A DNA stretch of 64,000 bases from Camelus ferus (lineage: Eukaryota), in the NCBI RefSeq assembly GCF_009834535.1, contig NC_045696.1:43650001-43714000 (forward strand), written 5' to 3'. The translations under genes were made by a program, and so were the position numbers. Within the stretch, counting starts at the first letter, position 1; every line of letters starts with the position of its first letter. Shown in pieces: positions 53,330 through 64,000 of the stretch. The notes below the pieces were generated by a model. The model was not told the DNA's origin, made no database searches, and saw only the letters and a program-made list of their open reading frames with translations.

Positions 53330-53710
53330 TTCTTAAACTTCTAAGGATTTGAAGATGAATCTCAGTAGAACTCCAGAGAGTAATTTTCAAAGCATATTTA
53401 AAGAACATTTAAGAACAAACAGGCTAAAAAAATGTGACAATGAATATATATATGTTCATGTATAACTGAAAAATTGTGCTGTACACTGGAATTTGACACA
53501 ACATTGTAAAATGATTATAAATCAATAGAAAATGTTATATTGTTAAAAAAAAAAAAAAAGAACAAACAGGCTAATCATCAGGATCCAGCACGCTTCATGA
53601 AGAACGAGTCATGCCAAATGTTGCTGATATAATATAATACATCAGAATGTAAACAATCATCTGGCAGATTTTCTCATGATATTTTTGGACTAGAATACAA
53701 TGAGATAAAC
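53330..53710 (+). mobile_element. L3/CR1 RT fragment, interrupted by a young L1
   Basis: cagcacgcttcatgaagaacgagtcatgccaa resembles the CR1 QHGFxKxxSC motif. Confidence 0.6.
53428..53557 (+). mobile_element. Young camelid-type L1 3' end (about 130 bp)
   Basis: Perfect 17-bp TSD aagaacaaacaggctaa (53411-53427 / 53558-53574) preceded by ttt; poly(A) tail. Confidence 0.96.
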
Positions 53711-54094
53711 TGTCATTCTTCCCCCTCCCCCCAGGTTTCCATCTTGTCCACTAAAATTTTATGAGAAAATCTGGTAGATTTCTTTTGAAATTCAGACAAT
53801 TGTACTATGTCAATAAAACCTGGCTAGAGAAACAAGGCAGGAGCAAAAGCAGACTCCAAAGAGAGGTGCAAGGATGACTTTGATGTTGTGTAACCACAGT
53901 ATTAGTCTAACATTTCTTAAAGCCTTCCTTTTCTCAACCTCTAAATCATACTAGAGATTTGCAGCTAAGGCTGCAGGTGGAGGAAACTGACTCCAGGGAG
54001 AAGGCGGCCATGATGACTGGGAAAACAGAATCTGAAAATCTTCAAAAATAACAACAGGCTTATTTCAATATTCTATTAACTATTCTGATCATGA

Positions 54095-54560
54095 CACTTC
54101 AAAAATATGTTGAATTAAAAAGTAATGATACTACATATAAGTTATGAGATACAGATACAGTAGTGTCTAGAAGAAAAGGCATAGCTTTAAAATACATATC
54201 CTAGAGAAAAAAATAAAGGGTTAATCATCTATCACAATGTATTAGAAAAAAATTATTTCAAAATAACCTAAAGGCACTAGAAGCAAGAAAATAATAACCA
54301 CAAGAACAATGATCTGGAAAGGCACATAATCAGAAAGATGAAAAAATGTAAAATTTGGTTCTTTCAACAGACTATCAAACAGGAAAATTCTGATGAGAAT
54401 AATTAGAAAAGAAAAAGGTGGAAAGTAGGAAGACAAAGAGAAAGGGAGTAACCATAGTCAACAATGAATTAAATCTGGAAACACTGTGGACACTACATAC
54501 CTTAAAAACGTAATAAGTAGACATTATGAATGACTTACGCCAATTCAAGTTTATAAAATT
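54095..54560 (+). mobile_element. Old L1M ORF2 fragment
   Basis: aatgatactacatata...atagctttaaaatacatat; ttggttctttcaa; acattatgaatgacttacgccaa. Confidence 0.6.
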
Positions 54561-54689
54561 TTATTAAGCTATTACCTACAATAAAATTCAGTAATTTTAA
54601 GTGGCTGGTTTCATAATTAATACATGTTGGTACTGCCACTCTCAATAAACAGAACAGCTAAATTAGTTTAAAAGTTTTCTTCATGTCAA

Positions 54690-55005
54690 TTACATCAATC
54701 CACTTCCCCCACATCCTGCTCTGAGTAACCACTGATTTGCTTTCTGTCACAGTTCTGCACCTCTAAAATTTCTTATAAATGGAAGTATACAGAAGTATTC
54801 ATTTGTATTTAATTTATTTCAGTTAACACAGTTATTTTTAAATCCACCTGTGACTGCATATTATTTAATTTCTATTTATTGCTGAATAATATTCCATGTT
54901 ATGAATATACTGAAATCTACCTATTCACAAATAGGGCTGATTCCAGTTTAGGACCATTCCCAAAAAATGGTTCTGCCAACCTTTGTGTACATGTATCTTT
55001 GCTGT
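54690..55005 (-). mobile_element. Old L1M 3' fragment
   Basis: taaccactgatttgctttctgtc; tataaatggaagtatacag; ttattgctgaataatattccat. Confidence 0.75.
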
Positions 55006-55084
55006 ATTGATTTCTGCTGCATCTGTCCTCAATATTAGAATTTTGCTAGAACATAGTAGGGCTCATGACTGACTACGCTGTTCA

Positions 55085-55330
55085 AGTGGCATAACAGATA
55101 GAAAAAGAGAGAATATTGCTCTGAAAGGCAGAGAGAACTTGCTGACTCCACCAAGGACATTTTGCATTCCCTTAGGTGAGTAACTTAAAATCTCAATTTA
55201 ACCTCCACTTGTCAAATGAAAAAAATAATGAATCCTTGCCTTGGAGGAATGATGTGAGGATTTATAACATAATATTGCATGTAAAAATCGCTCTGCACTT
55301 TTAGGGAAAGGAGTGCAATTTAAATACAAC
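55085..55330 (+). mobile_element. MIR SINE
   Basis: ccttaggtgagtaacttaaaatctc...tgtcaaatgaaa...tgtgaggattt...gcatgtaaaa. Confidence 0.7.
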
Positions 55331-56221
55331 AAATTATTTTCATATTTTATATCAGCTTGCATCTGTTTCTGTTGCAGTCTGATTAAATCAGTTTTAACTT
55401 TTGTTAAAAAAAAAAAGACTCTAGGTGTTGTTCTAATGCCACAGAATAATTCTAATGATTCTGAAAAAAGTACATCCTGAAGCTAAGTCAATAATTGCAT
55501 AGTAATATTATGTTTTACAATTGAAATACCACTACAAATCTTTGAAGATATTTTAACAATTCATAAACCTCAGCTTCTTACTGTGACCTGGAGATCTTGC
55601 TGTACATAGAACCAAATGACTCCTACAGTTCACACTGCTTGTATATTAGTGTGTGTACAGAATGATTCCTGAGAAGCACATTAGTTAGATATATGACATA
55701 ACTGCATTTAACTGAATTCACATGCTTCTCTGCAATAAAGTAGAAATGTCAAAAAACAAGTTATACACTAATTTACTTTTCTCTTAGCTACAATGATAAA
55801 TTGGAATTTTATTTTAGCACCAAATAATTCTCCTCTTGCAGCCTAAAGATGGCAAATTGGAAAGGAAATGGAAAGAAAAAAATATCAGAGTTAAAAGTGA
55901 TTTGGATCACAAGTAGTAGTTGAAGAACATTAGAGTTTGAACCTCTTAAAACTGCAATGGCTGAAATTCAACAGAATGTAGACACAACTTTGCATAAATG
56001 AGAGTGGAGCTAGATATAGCAAAACAGTAGTGTTAAAATACACAGAACTGATTCACAAAAGCACTGAGATCATGGGAATTTCAACAGATTGCTTAAGTAC
56101 AAAGCAAAATGAACATAGCAACTGTATTCATTAAATTGTAATTAACCACATAATTGTTTAACTTAAATTTAACCAGTATGTATTCACATTGGAGGAATTC
56201 ATCACATAAACTTCCTACATT

Positions 56222-56418
56222 AGTAATTCTCAAAACTGGCTACACACTAGAATCAATTAGAAAGCGTATATATATATATATATGTAAAATACCATTGTCC
56301 AGATACCGTCTAGGATGTTAGACTACTTTGGTTGGAGGTGGGGCACAGATTTCAGTATTTATGAACAACTCCCCCAACCTAGCTGATTCTAAAATACAGC
56401 TAGAGGCAAGAACCACTG
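56222..56418. mobile_element. MER5A-like hAT MITE
   Basis: agtaattctcaaaactggctacacactagaatca...gctgattctaa...aagaaccactg. Confidence 0.75.
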
Positions 56419-57129
56419 TTTTGGAGGGAATGTTTTATTTGCTTCAGTTCTTAAATTATTCTGTCTGGATAATAGATGGTTATAGTAGCTGTGTTTACTT
56501 TGCCTAATTCCTAATTGACTAAAATTGTATCATTTTCCGATTAACTGTCATGCACTGTATTACGGTTGGCTACTTGTCTGTCCCACTATTTCTTGTGAAG
56601 GTAGCTAGAAAATAAGCATACATAGCTCTTACGCCACATACAGAAACTACCATGATCAGCGACGGGGAGGGACTTGCTAGACTAGTATTGTTGCACGCAA
56701 TCCAGACCAGCACAGTGACCAGACTTAATGTCCCTTCCACAGGTGGAAAAATTTGGCTATAAATGGAGATAAGGAAAAACAGTAGCTCTAGGTAAAGGAA
56801 TAAATTATGTAATGAGGGAAATTTCATATTACATTAACACCTCAAAAGAGACTCAAAGCAAGGGATGACACTGTCTCTTGGCTGGATTATACCAGATGCC
56901 TGGAAAAGTGAAGGCATATATTGCTGACACCACTCATCTTTTGGAAACTGATAAGGTCAAAAGGAAGCCTGCAAACCTGAATAGCCTTGCCCTGGGAGAC
57001 ATTTTCATATGATGATGGACTAGACAGTTATTAACACCTGAATAGAACTCTAGTAATGCCAGGATCTTTTGACTTTTAAGATTGTTTTATTTAAACAAGG
57101 AAGACCTGTTAGAAGACCAGGGGATGGAC

Positions 57130-57938
57130 TGTGATACTGTGATTCATAATAAGAAATATATATTTAGTCTTTGTCCTTGTTCCAGGCATAGAGTTCTTAA
57201 AATTCTTGTAAATTCCTAAGGGATAAGAGTCCTAGGAGCATTTTTTGTTCTAATGAGGTAACTCTGGGGACAGATTCTTAGATGGCTCCTGGATGAGACT
57301 GGTCACCAGAAAGACCAAAAGTCATGATTAGGTGCTTGAAGTTTTTAGCTCCATCCCCAATTCTCCACAGAGGGGAGAGAAGGCTGGAAATAGAGTTAAT
57401 AATTGATTAGCCTGTGTGAGGAAGACCCCGTAAAATCCAACAGTATGAGATTACGAGAGCTTCTAGATTGATGAAAACATCCATGTACTGGTAAAGTGAC
57501 ACACCTTCAACTACAGAAGGACAGAAGCGTCTGTGCTCAGACTTTGCCCTTACATACCCCTTCATCTGGCTTTTCATCTGTTTCACTTGCCATATCCTTT
57601 AATAAACTCCTAAACTAAGTGTTTCCCTGAGTGCTGTGAGCATCTCTAGTAAATTAATCAAACCCTAGGAGGGCCATGGAAACCTCAGATTTATAAGTGA
57701 CAATATGGACTTGCACTGGCCTCAGATGTGGGGTAGGAACAGTTTTGTCCCTGATGCTATCTCCAGTTAGACAGGTTGAGAATTGAGTTAAATTGCAGGA
57801 CACCCAGCTGGTGTCACAGAGAACTGTTTGGTGTGAGGAAAACCGCCACATATCTGGTGTCAGAAGTGTTGTGAATGTAGTAGTAGTATGAAAGTAAAGG
57901 GAAACATGGGAGGAAAAACAGATCATTTTTTTCTTTCA
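57130..57938 (+). mobile_element. MER21-like solo LTR, near full length
   Basis: tgtgatactgtgattcataataagaaatatatattt start; ggtcaccagaaagacca; aataaa at 57601; caggacacccagctggtgtc; tggtgtcagaagtgtt. Confidence 0.88.
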
Positions 57939-58739
57939 ATTTTTTTCAATTAGCAACAGAACAATAATAACACAATTCTGGTTAATCATAAATAATTCTC
58001 TGACTTTTCCCTACATAGATTTTCCATATTCATAACCCAGTGTACCTTACAGCATTATATTTCTTATATGCAAGCTGTTATTGATGCTTTTATCTGCAGG
58101 AGGCCCACCTTTGTTCTACACCATGGAAGGCAGGGAAAGCTATGGGAAGATAAACTCTATTTCAATCTTTAGGTTCTCTGCTCCCTTGTTCAAACCCTGG
58201 CTTCAAATTGCTACTCTTGTTCTACCTACTTGATGACTCTAGCTTGCTAAATTTGATCAACTATTCAGATGTTTATTTCTCACACTGTCCATGACCCTAA
58301 GAGTTTTAGGTTAAAAAAAGAAAATAAATTATTTTTTTTGAAGAATTCTAGCAGGAAAAAATCATTGGAAATTGGTTTTCAAGCTTTAGTAAAGAGTTGA
58401 ATTTTTATTTATTTATTTTTTTACTTTTTGTCAAACAAATGTTTTACATAGCACTCACATACACAGAGCACACACATACATCCTTAACAGTTAAAACTGA
58501 GTTATTCTCCTAGACATAGGGGTTAGGCAATGAGAAAAAAATTATTACCATTCAACATGTTTACCTACTGTTGGAAGATGGAAAAACTGAAATACATAGA
58601 AGCAGAGAATCAGAATATTTGAGATAGATAGGACTTTAGGGAAAACAAGGTTTGACATTCTCATGTGATTTATATTTCATGATTAAGTTTCATGAAACTT
58701 AAAGTGATGTCTAAAGTTATGTAGTGCAATGGTGACTCA

Positions 58740-58870
58740 GCCTTTAAAAAAAAAATGGAGCTCTGAGACAGCAGTTAACTTGTCTGAAGCCAAACAAATA
58801 GGAAGTGGTGAAACTAGAATAACATTCATCTTCTTTACTCCAAAATCTGTACACTTAACCCTTGGTGCTG
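58740..58870 (-). mobile_element. MIR fragment
   Basis: ctgagacagcagttaacttgtctgaagcc...taggaagtggtgaaactagaat...actccaaaatctgt. Confidence 0.6.
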
Positions 58871-60018
58871 CCTAGTCTCTACAGTATGACTTTTGATTTG
58901 TGCTTGTAATTGACTAACATAAGTCAGAGATATACTAAGAATTTCTTCTATCTATGAAATGAATTACCTTAAAATAAAAACTCTATCAAAACCAAAGACT
59001 AAATGACAAGAAATAAGTAAGCAGGATCAAGAGAGTCTCTTAGACTGTTACATTTGCAATTAGGGCAAGTCACAAAGAAGAGGCAGATAATAATGATCAA
59101 ATGAATTAAAAAAAAATTTATTCTGACAAATGTATGGGGTCAACATTTTTACCATGCTATCATATATCACTTTATTACCCTCTATCATTAGAAAGTGTCA
59201 CTTTGCAAAACTAGAGGCTGCAAGTGCATTTAAAAAAAAAAGAAACGTGTTTTAATCCTAAAGGTCATCCTGAAAAATTTGGAAACTTCCATTTGTACCT
59301 TTTGGATATAGATGATACCATGCAGTAGTTAGATCTAGATCCCAGTTAATGATCCTGGTTCCTGGTGACAGAATCTTCCCTAAGGGAATGAGGTTTAAAT
59401 AGGGAAATGTCAATGCCCCATTCAAGGAGCACTAATTTGCTGGGAGATCTGATAGCATTTTAAGTGCTCAGCATTGAGAGGACCTGCTGTGCATGCTGTT
59501 TTTTTTTTCTCCTCCCACCCAAAGGGCCAAATCAATATTACAGAAAAAAAAAAAAAAAAAAAAAAGGAGGAAGACTATAAAAGAAAACCAGTAACTGTTT
59601 GAACTAGTGAAATGGATACTTGAACAATGTATATTGAGTTTATTTTTAAAGAATACAAACACAAGCTATAAAAGGTGTTAAGAAACCTGAATGCTATCTC
59701 CATATAATCTGTGTTTACTGGCTACTCAGACTGCATCCTTGTAACTCCAGGTCTCTGCTGCTGCAGCTACTGCCTCTGAAGCAAATGACAATATCCTGGG
59801 AGGCCGTGGTGGTTTGCTGCTTCCTTTCTTCCCTGGCTATACATCTACCTGCTGAGACTGCCCCTGGTAGTAGGCGGCTGTCTAAAAAGAAGGTGGGTCA
59901 ACGTTTTTGCTGCATTACTTTAATACATAATATCCAAATAAGACAGTGAACAGTTGCTGATGCTTGAGAGGAAGGAACTCACAAGGTAGAGCTGCTTCAC
60001 TACTTCCTGCTATCATGC

Positions 60019-60569
60019 TATTGAAAGACAAGGGCTTGAGATGTGGGCTCACCCACTGTTTCTGCTAACTAAAATTGGCATTTGCTATCTGCCTCTGCAA
60101 GGACTGGATCATGTTGACACTTGCCATCTAACTCTGCTTGGATTAAATCATGAGCCACTGCAGCCACTGACTTCCAACATACTCTGAAAGCAGTTCAGGA
60201 TGGAGGTCAGGATTGAGGCACTCTGTGCTCTGGGAAAACTGGCTGAACGGGCCTTCAGATAGTTGGGTATTTTCAGGAGAAGATTTTATGACCCCAACTG
60301 TCGCATATCCTTATATCTAGAAAAGCACTAAAATCATTAAGGGTGACATCTGCTCCTCGTGACTAGCAGCAAGCCTCTGCCTAAACGTGTGCTTGACTGC
60401 ACGTGCCCCCCTTTCACTGAAATTGTATATAATACTGAGTTTTCTCCCTGCCTCTTTGGAACAGTTTCTCAGAGCTTTCCAGGATACTCTCTCCCGGGCT
60501 ATAGTCCTCATTTTGCACCAAATAAAACTTAACCAACAACTCTCATGTTGTGTCATTTTATTTCCATTA
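60019..60569 (+). mobile_element. ERV1 solo LTR (cetartiodactyl MER41-like), full length
   Basis: agaaaagcactaaa; TATA-like gtatataata; cctctttggaacagtttctcagagc; caaataaaac followed by a short U5; probable 4-bp TSD atgc (60015-60018 / 60570-60573). Confidence 0.85.
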
Positions 60570-60875
60570 ATGCTTCCTACCCTGGAATGAAGCATAGTAT
60601 CTAAATATAGAGCTACTTGTGCATCAAAGTCTGAATGTGTAGTTAGTAATTCACTACAGAGAGGTGTCCATGCTACCTGTGTTCTATGTGTCAGATCGAA
60701 TAAGAGAAATGTATTGGAACCAAAGGAGGTGAGGGACAGGAGTCCTTTAAGTAATACAGAAAGGGAATGATAAAAAGGTAGGGGATGTAGTCTTATTCCC
60801 TGAAAGCATGCTCTCTTTAAGGAATCCTTTGGAATGACTAAAATAATATTCTAAGGGCAATGAGTCAATATAAAT

Positions 60876-61090
60876 CAATGGTTTTCAGCAGGAAGAGCTC
60901 TCTCCTTACCTCCCCAGGACATCGGGCAATTTTCGGAGACATTTTGGTCTTCACAGCTTAAAGGGTACTAATAACATCTGGTGATTAGAGACCAGGGATG
61001 CTGCTAGGCATCGTACAATTCACAAGACAGCCCCATATAACAAAGTTATCCTGTCCAAAATGTCAATAGTGCCAAGGTTGAGGAACCCTA
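60876..61090 (+). mobile_element. MER20 (hAT-Charlie), full length
   Basis: ggagacattttgg; ccagggatgctgcta; ccaaaatgtcaatagtgccaaggttgagg; degenerate 8-bp TSD atataaat/gtctaaat. Confidence 0.92.
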
Positions 61091-62059
61091 GTCTAAATAA
61101 TTCAATATATAACCCTGGTATAAAGAAAGTTAGGCCAGAATAAAATTATTCTAAAGAATAATCATATTCAAAAGAGCTATTTAAGAAAGGTTAACATGAA
61201 AAAAAAAACCACACAAAAATACATTTTTTTCTACCAAATGAATCTCTACCATATTGAAAAAACTACCTAGATACATAACTTTTACACATTTTTGATACTG
61301 ATATTTAATTTTACAAGTCTTAGGGAAAGGCAGAGATTCCATTGACCTTAATTTGCATTTTTTATTTTTAACTTTCCATTTCCATTTCCACAGGACAAAT
61401 CTTAGTCTATACCTGAAACTTGCATTAGGCCTCAACTGACATAAAGGCTATGAAGGCTGTGAACAGTTTCCTTTTAATATTAATCATAGTTTGTGATTAA
61501 ATATAAATGATTATTAAATTGATAGAGAATTTAACTTTATCAAATAAAGATTATTACACAGAAAAATGATGTCACCCAATTACTTCTAACCACATTTGCA
61601 TGCACTCTACATTTACAAGGTCAGTTTTCTTAATTATGGCTTTCTTCTTATATTTTCTAAATTCCCCTTAAAGGAAAGCAAATTTGGTTAAATGTCACTT
61701 TACTAGCTGTAGCCCCTTCTAAGTAATTGCCATCAATTGGGGTCATCATAGCCTGTTCTTTAAACTGCTATGTTGTGGTGTCTTTGGATTTCTAGCATTA
61801 GCATCTGCTGTGACTGTAAATGTCAAAATAGAAATATTTAAGAAAAAAGGAAGAAGTCATCTCAACAAAAATGGGTGAAGACAACACTGACATTCTCAAG
61901 TGGATAATTAGGTTAATTTTCTGGATCTTTCAAGCCCAAATTATAATTTAAATAAAACATTCAATTTAAACAACATTTATTTAGAACCTGCACCATACAA
62001 ATAATGTATAACATGCTGTGAAGGATAAGAAGATAATCAAGACACAGTCTTTCCTGTTC

Positions 62060-62255
62060 TAACTCTAGAGAAAGAATGCCAGGTTTGAAATCCAGGTTTA
62101 CATTTAAGTCTATACTACTTAACCTCTCCATACTTCAATTTTATCATTTATAAAATGTGAAGAATTATAGTACCTATGTTTTTCAGTGATGATATGGGTG
62201 TGAAATCCTTAAAATAATTCCTGGGACAGTAAGCCATCAAAAAAATCAGCTATTT
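62060..62255 (+). mobile_element. MIR fragment
   Basis: acttaacctctccatacttcaattttatcatttataaaatg...atagtaccta. Confidence 0.7.
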
Positions 62256-62279
62256 TTAAGTACAATTGTACTAAGTGGA

Positions 62280-63200
62280 AAAGTTCTTCCAGGTTGACAG
62301 ATTAGCAAAAGCAAAGTCCAGAAAAAAAAAAAAATACAGGATATGCTGAAAAAGGATAAATGGTTTAGTGAACCTGTACTAATGGGGACTGATTAGAATA
62401 TAGTCAATTCTGATGAGAAATACCAGGTTATGGTCAAAATACTAAGAGATTTCATTGTCATGCTGATAAGTTCAGATATGGGAGTGTGTGTTAAACTGGG
62501 AAGGCGAGGGAAGAGCATAATCAAAGGGTTGAATAGGACCTTCATTTGTATGAGTTTTATTTATTTTATTTTATTTTTTGAGAGTTATGTTTTATTTGGC
62601 GGGAGGACAAGAGCTGGGATGACAGCCCCTCAGATTGCTCTGAGGGACTGCTCCAAAGAGGTAGGGGAGGAGCTAGGATATATAGGAGCTTTACAACAAA
62701 GACCAGGTAGTTGGAACAATAAAAGATTACTTGTTATCTAAAGAAAACCAGGCATCTCAAGTTAAAGAATTTAGTGCTTTTCTATATATGGGAGGAAGCA
62801 AACATTTGGGCTCATTGAATTCATTCCTCTGACAAGCATCTAGCTATCTAGGGCCAGTATCCTGTCCTTTCGTATTCTGAGTCTGCTCAGAGGGCACCAT
62901 TGTGAGTGGCTGCAGAGGCTGGGGGATGGCAGCAACCACTGATGCCTTGGTTTCAGCATTCTTTGTTTACTGATAAACATGTGTATGAGTTTTAAAAAGT
63001 AACTCTCTTGGCAATGTGAAGTCTGAATTGAAGGGTAAAAAAATACACGATGGAGAACAATTTAGAGATTATTGCCACAAATCAGACAGGAGATGTTAAT
63101 GAGTGACCTAAAATAATGGAATTAAGATTAAAAAGAGTAGATAATGATTTTCATCAGAAAAATAAACAAAATGTTTTGTTTGTGAGAGTAGAGTGGGAGG
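62280..63200 (-). mobile_element. L2 fragments, interrupted by the retroposed LTR
   Basis: ttccagg...agcaaaagcaaagtcc; ttttaaaaagtaactctcttggcaatgtgaag; ttagagattattgccacaaatcagacaggagatg. Confidence 0.6.
62559..62981 (-). mobile_element. Processed (L1-retroposed) ERV1 LTR copy: U3-R plus A-rich tail
   Basis: LTR motifs shared with the 60.0 kb LTR; AATAAA at 62596-62591; A-rich tail at 62578-62559; 12-bp TSD tgtatgagtttt (62547-62558 / 62982-62993). Confidence 0.85.
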
Positions 63201-64000
63201 GAGAGCAAGCAATCTGTATTGTTCACCTTATATTCATTTGTATTGATGACTACTATTTGCAATTCTGCTTTAATCAGAAATAGTTAACGGTAACTCTCAA
63301 GTTTTATAGATCAGCTCTTGCTATCAGAAAGTTTTTGTAAACCCTTGATTGTTTGGAGAAAAACAATTTTTTTCCCGTTTTTCACCCTTAGGAAAATATT
63401 CTTGAAAAATCACAACTGGTCTGTCTCTTCCATCTTAAGACACAAATGAGCCTTGCCCTCTTGGCTCATGGCTTGTTAGGGGTTATAAGGAAAAATTAAC
63501 AATGCTTTACCAGGTTATAGATGTAGTATGTAAAAATGCAACATTAAGGAGGGTACCCAGAAACTTATGAAATATAATTGATAATTCAGAATCCTGCATC
63601 AGCTCCAAAATGTTATACATGAAAGTTTACTTAATGACAGCTGCCTTCCTAACTAACTGGAGTTGGTTCTCTCAAGTCACTATTTTACATGAGAAACGAG
63701 TCTGTTTCAGGCATAGGAAATCTACTGTATACCATTATTAATTTCTATTAACCTAAAAGGGAAGAAATACGATCAAAGCAATTTTATGATAAATGAAGCC
63801 TAAAACACAAGCAAGCAAGACTGTTTCACTGTTCACCTGGTAACAATCAAGCTCACTAGGAAGTTTAATGTTACAAAGAATCAGCCATGGCTCATGAATA
63901 TTATTGGGTTTTTCTATGGCTACTAGACTTACTGATAAAATCTTTGAAAGAATTTCAAGTTAAAATCTGCAGCACTAAAGTGGAATGTCGTGGTCTCAAA

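Noticed and set aside
5416..61090. Two oppositely oriented MER20 copies as the ends of a composite transposon
   Set aside because: Each has its own degenerate TSD, and MER20 is abundant
1..64000. Remaining 60-116 aa ORFs as genes
   Set aside because: Short, rich in F/L/I/K as expected from AT-rich DNA, many inside repeats or with TTG/GTG starts, and no recognisable domains
1..64000. CRISPR array, operon, rRNA, NUMT or non-retroviral viral insertion
   Set aside because: No repeat-spacer periodicity, long ORFs or recognisable mitochondrial or viral sequence were seen

Overview
AT-rich, CpG-poor mammalian genomic DNA, either a gene desert or a large intron. It is probably camelid (alpaca/camel), inferred from a camelid-type tRNA-derived SINE and several young L1 3' ends with a camelid-type 3'UTR. 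No host protein-coding gene, RNA gene, CpG island or prokaryotic system is supported. The only ORF I recognise as real protein is an L1 ORF2p C-terminus at 52.3-52.6 kb. The window is a layered collection of transposon remnants: ancient L2, L3, MIR, hAT and MaLR pieces, old L1M fragments, ERV1 solo LTRs, and young L1/SINE insertions with clean TSDs. The most unusual item is an ERV LTR at 62.56-62.98 kb that carries L1-type (TPRT) insertion hallmarks: no U5, an A-tail, a 12-bp TSD and a TTTT/AAAA site. Other leads are a possible short L1 3' transduction, an ancient palindromic element, three minus-strand exon-like signals and candidate enhancers. All family names come from recalled consensus sequences, not database searches. 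I do not see a convincing new biological system.
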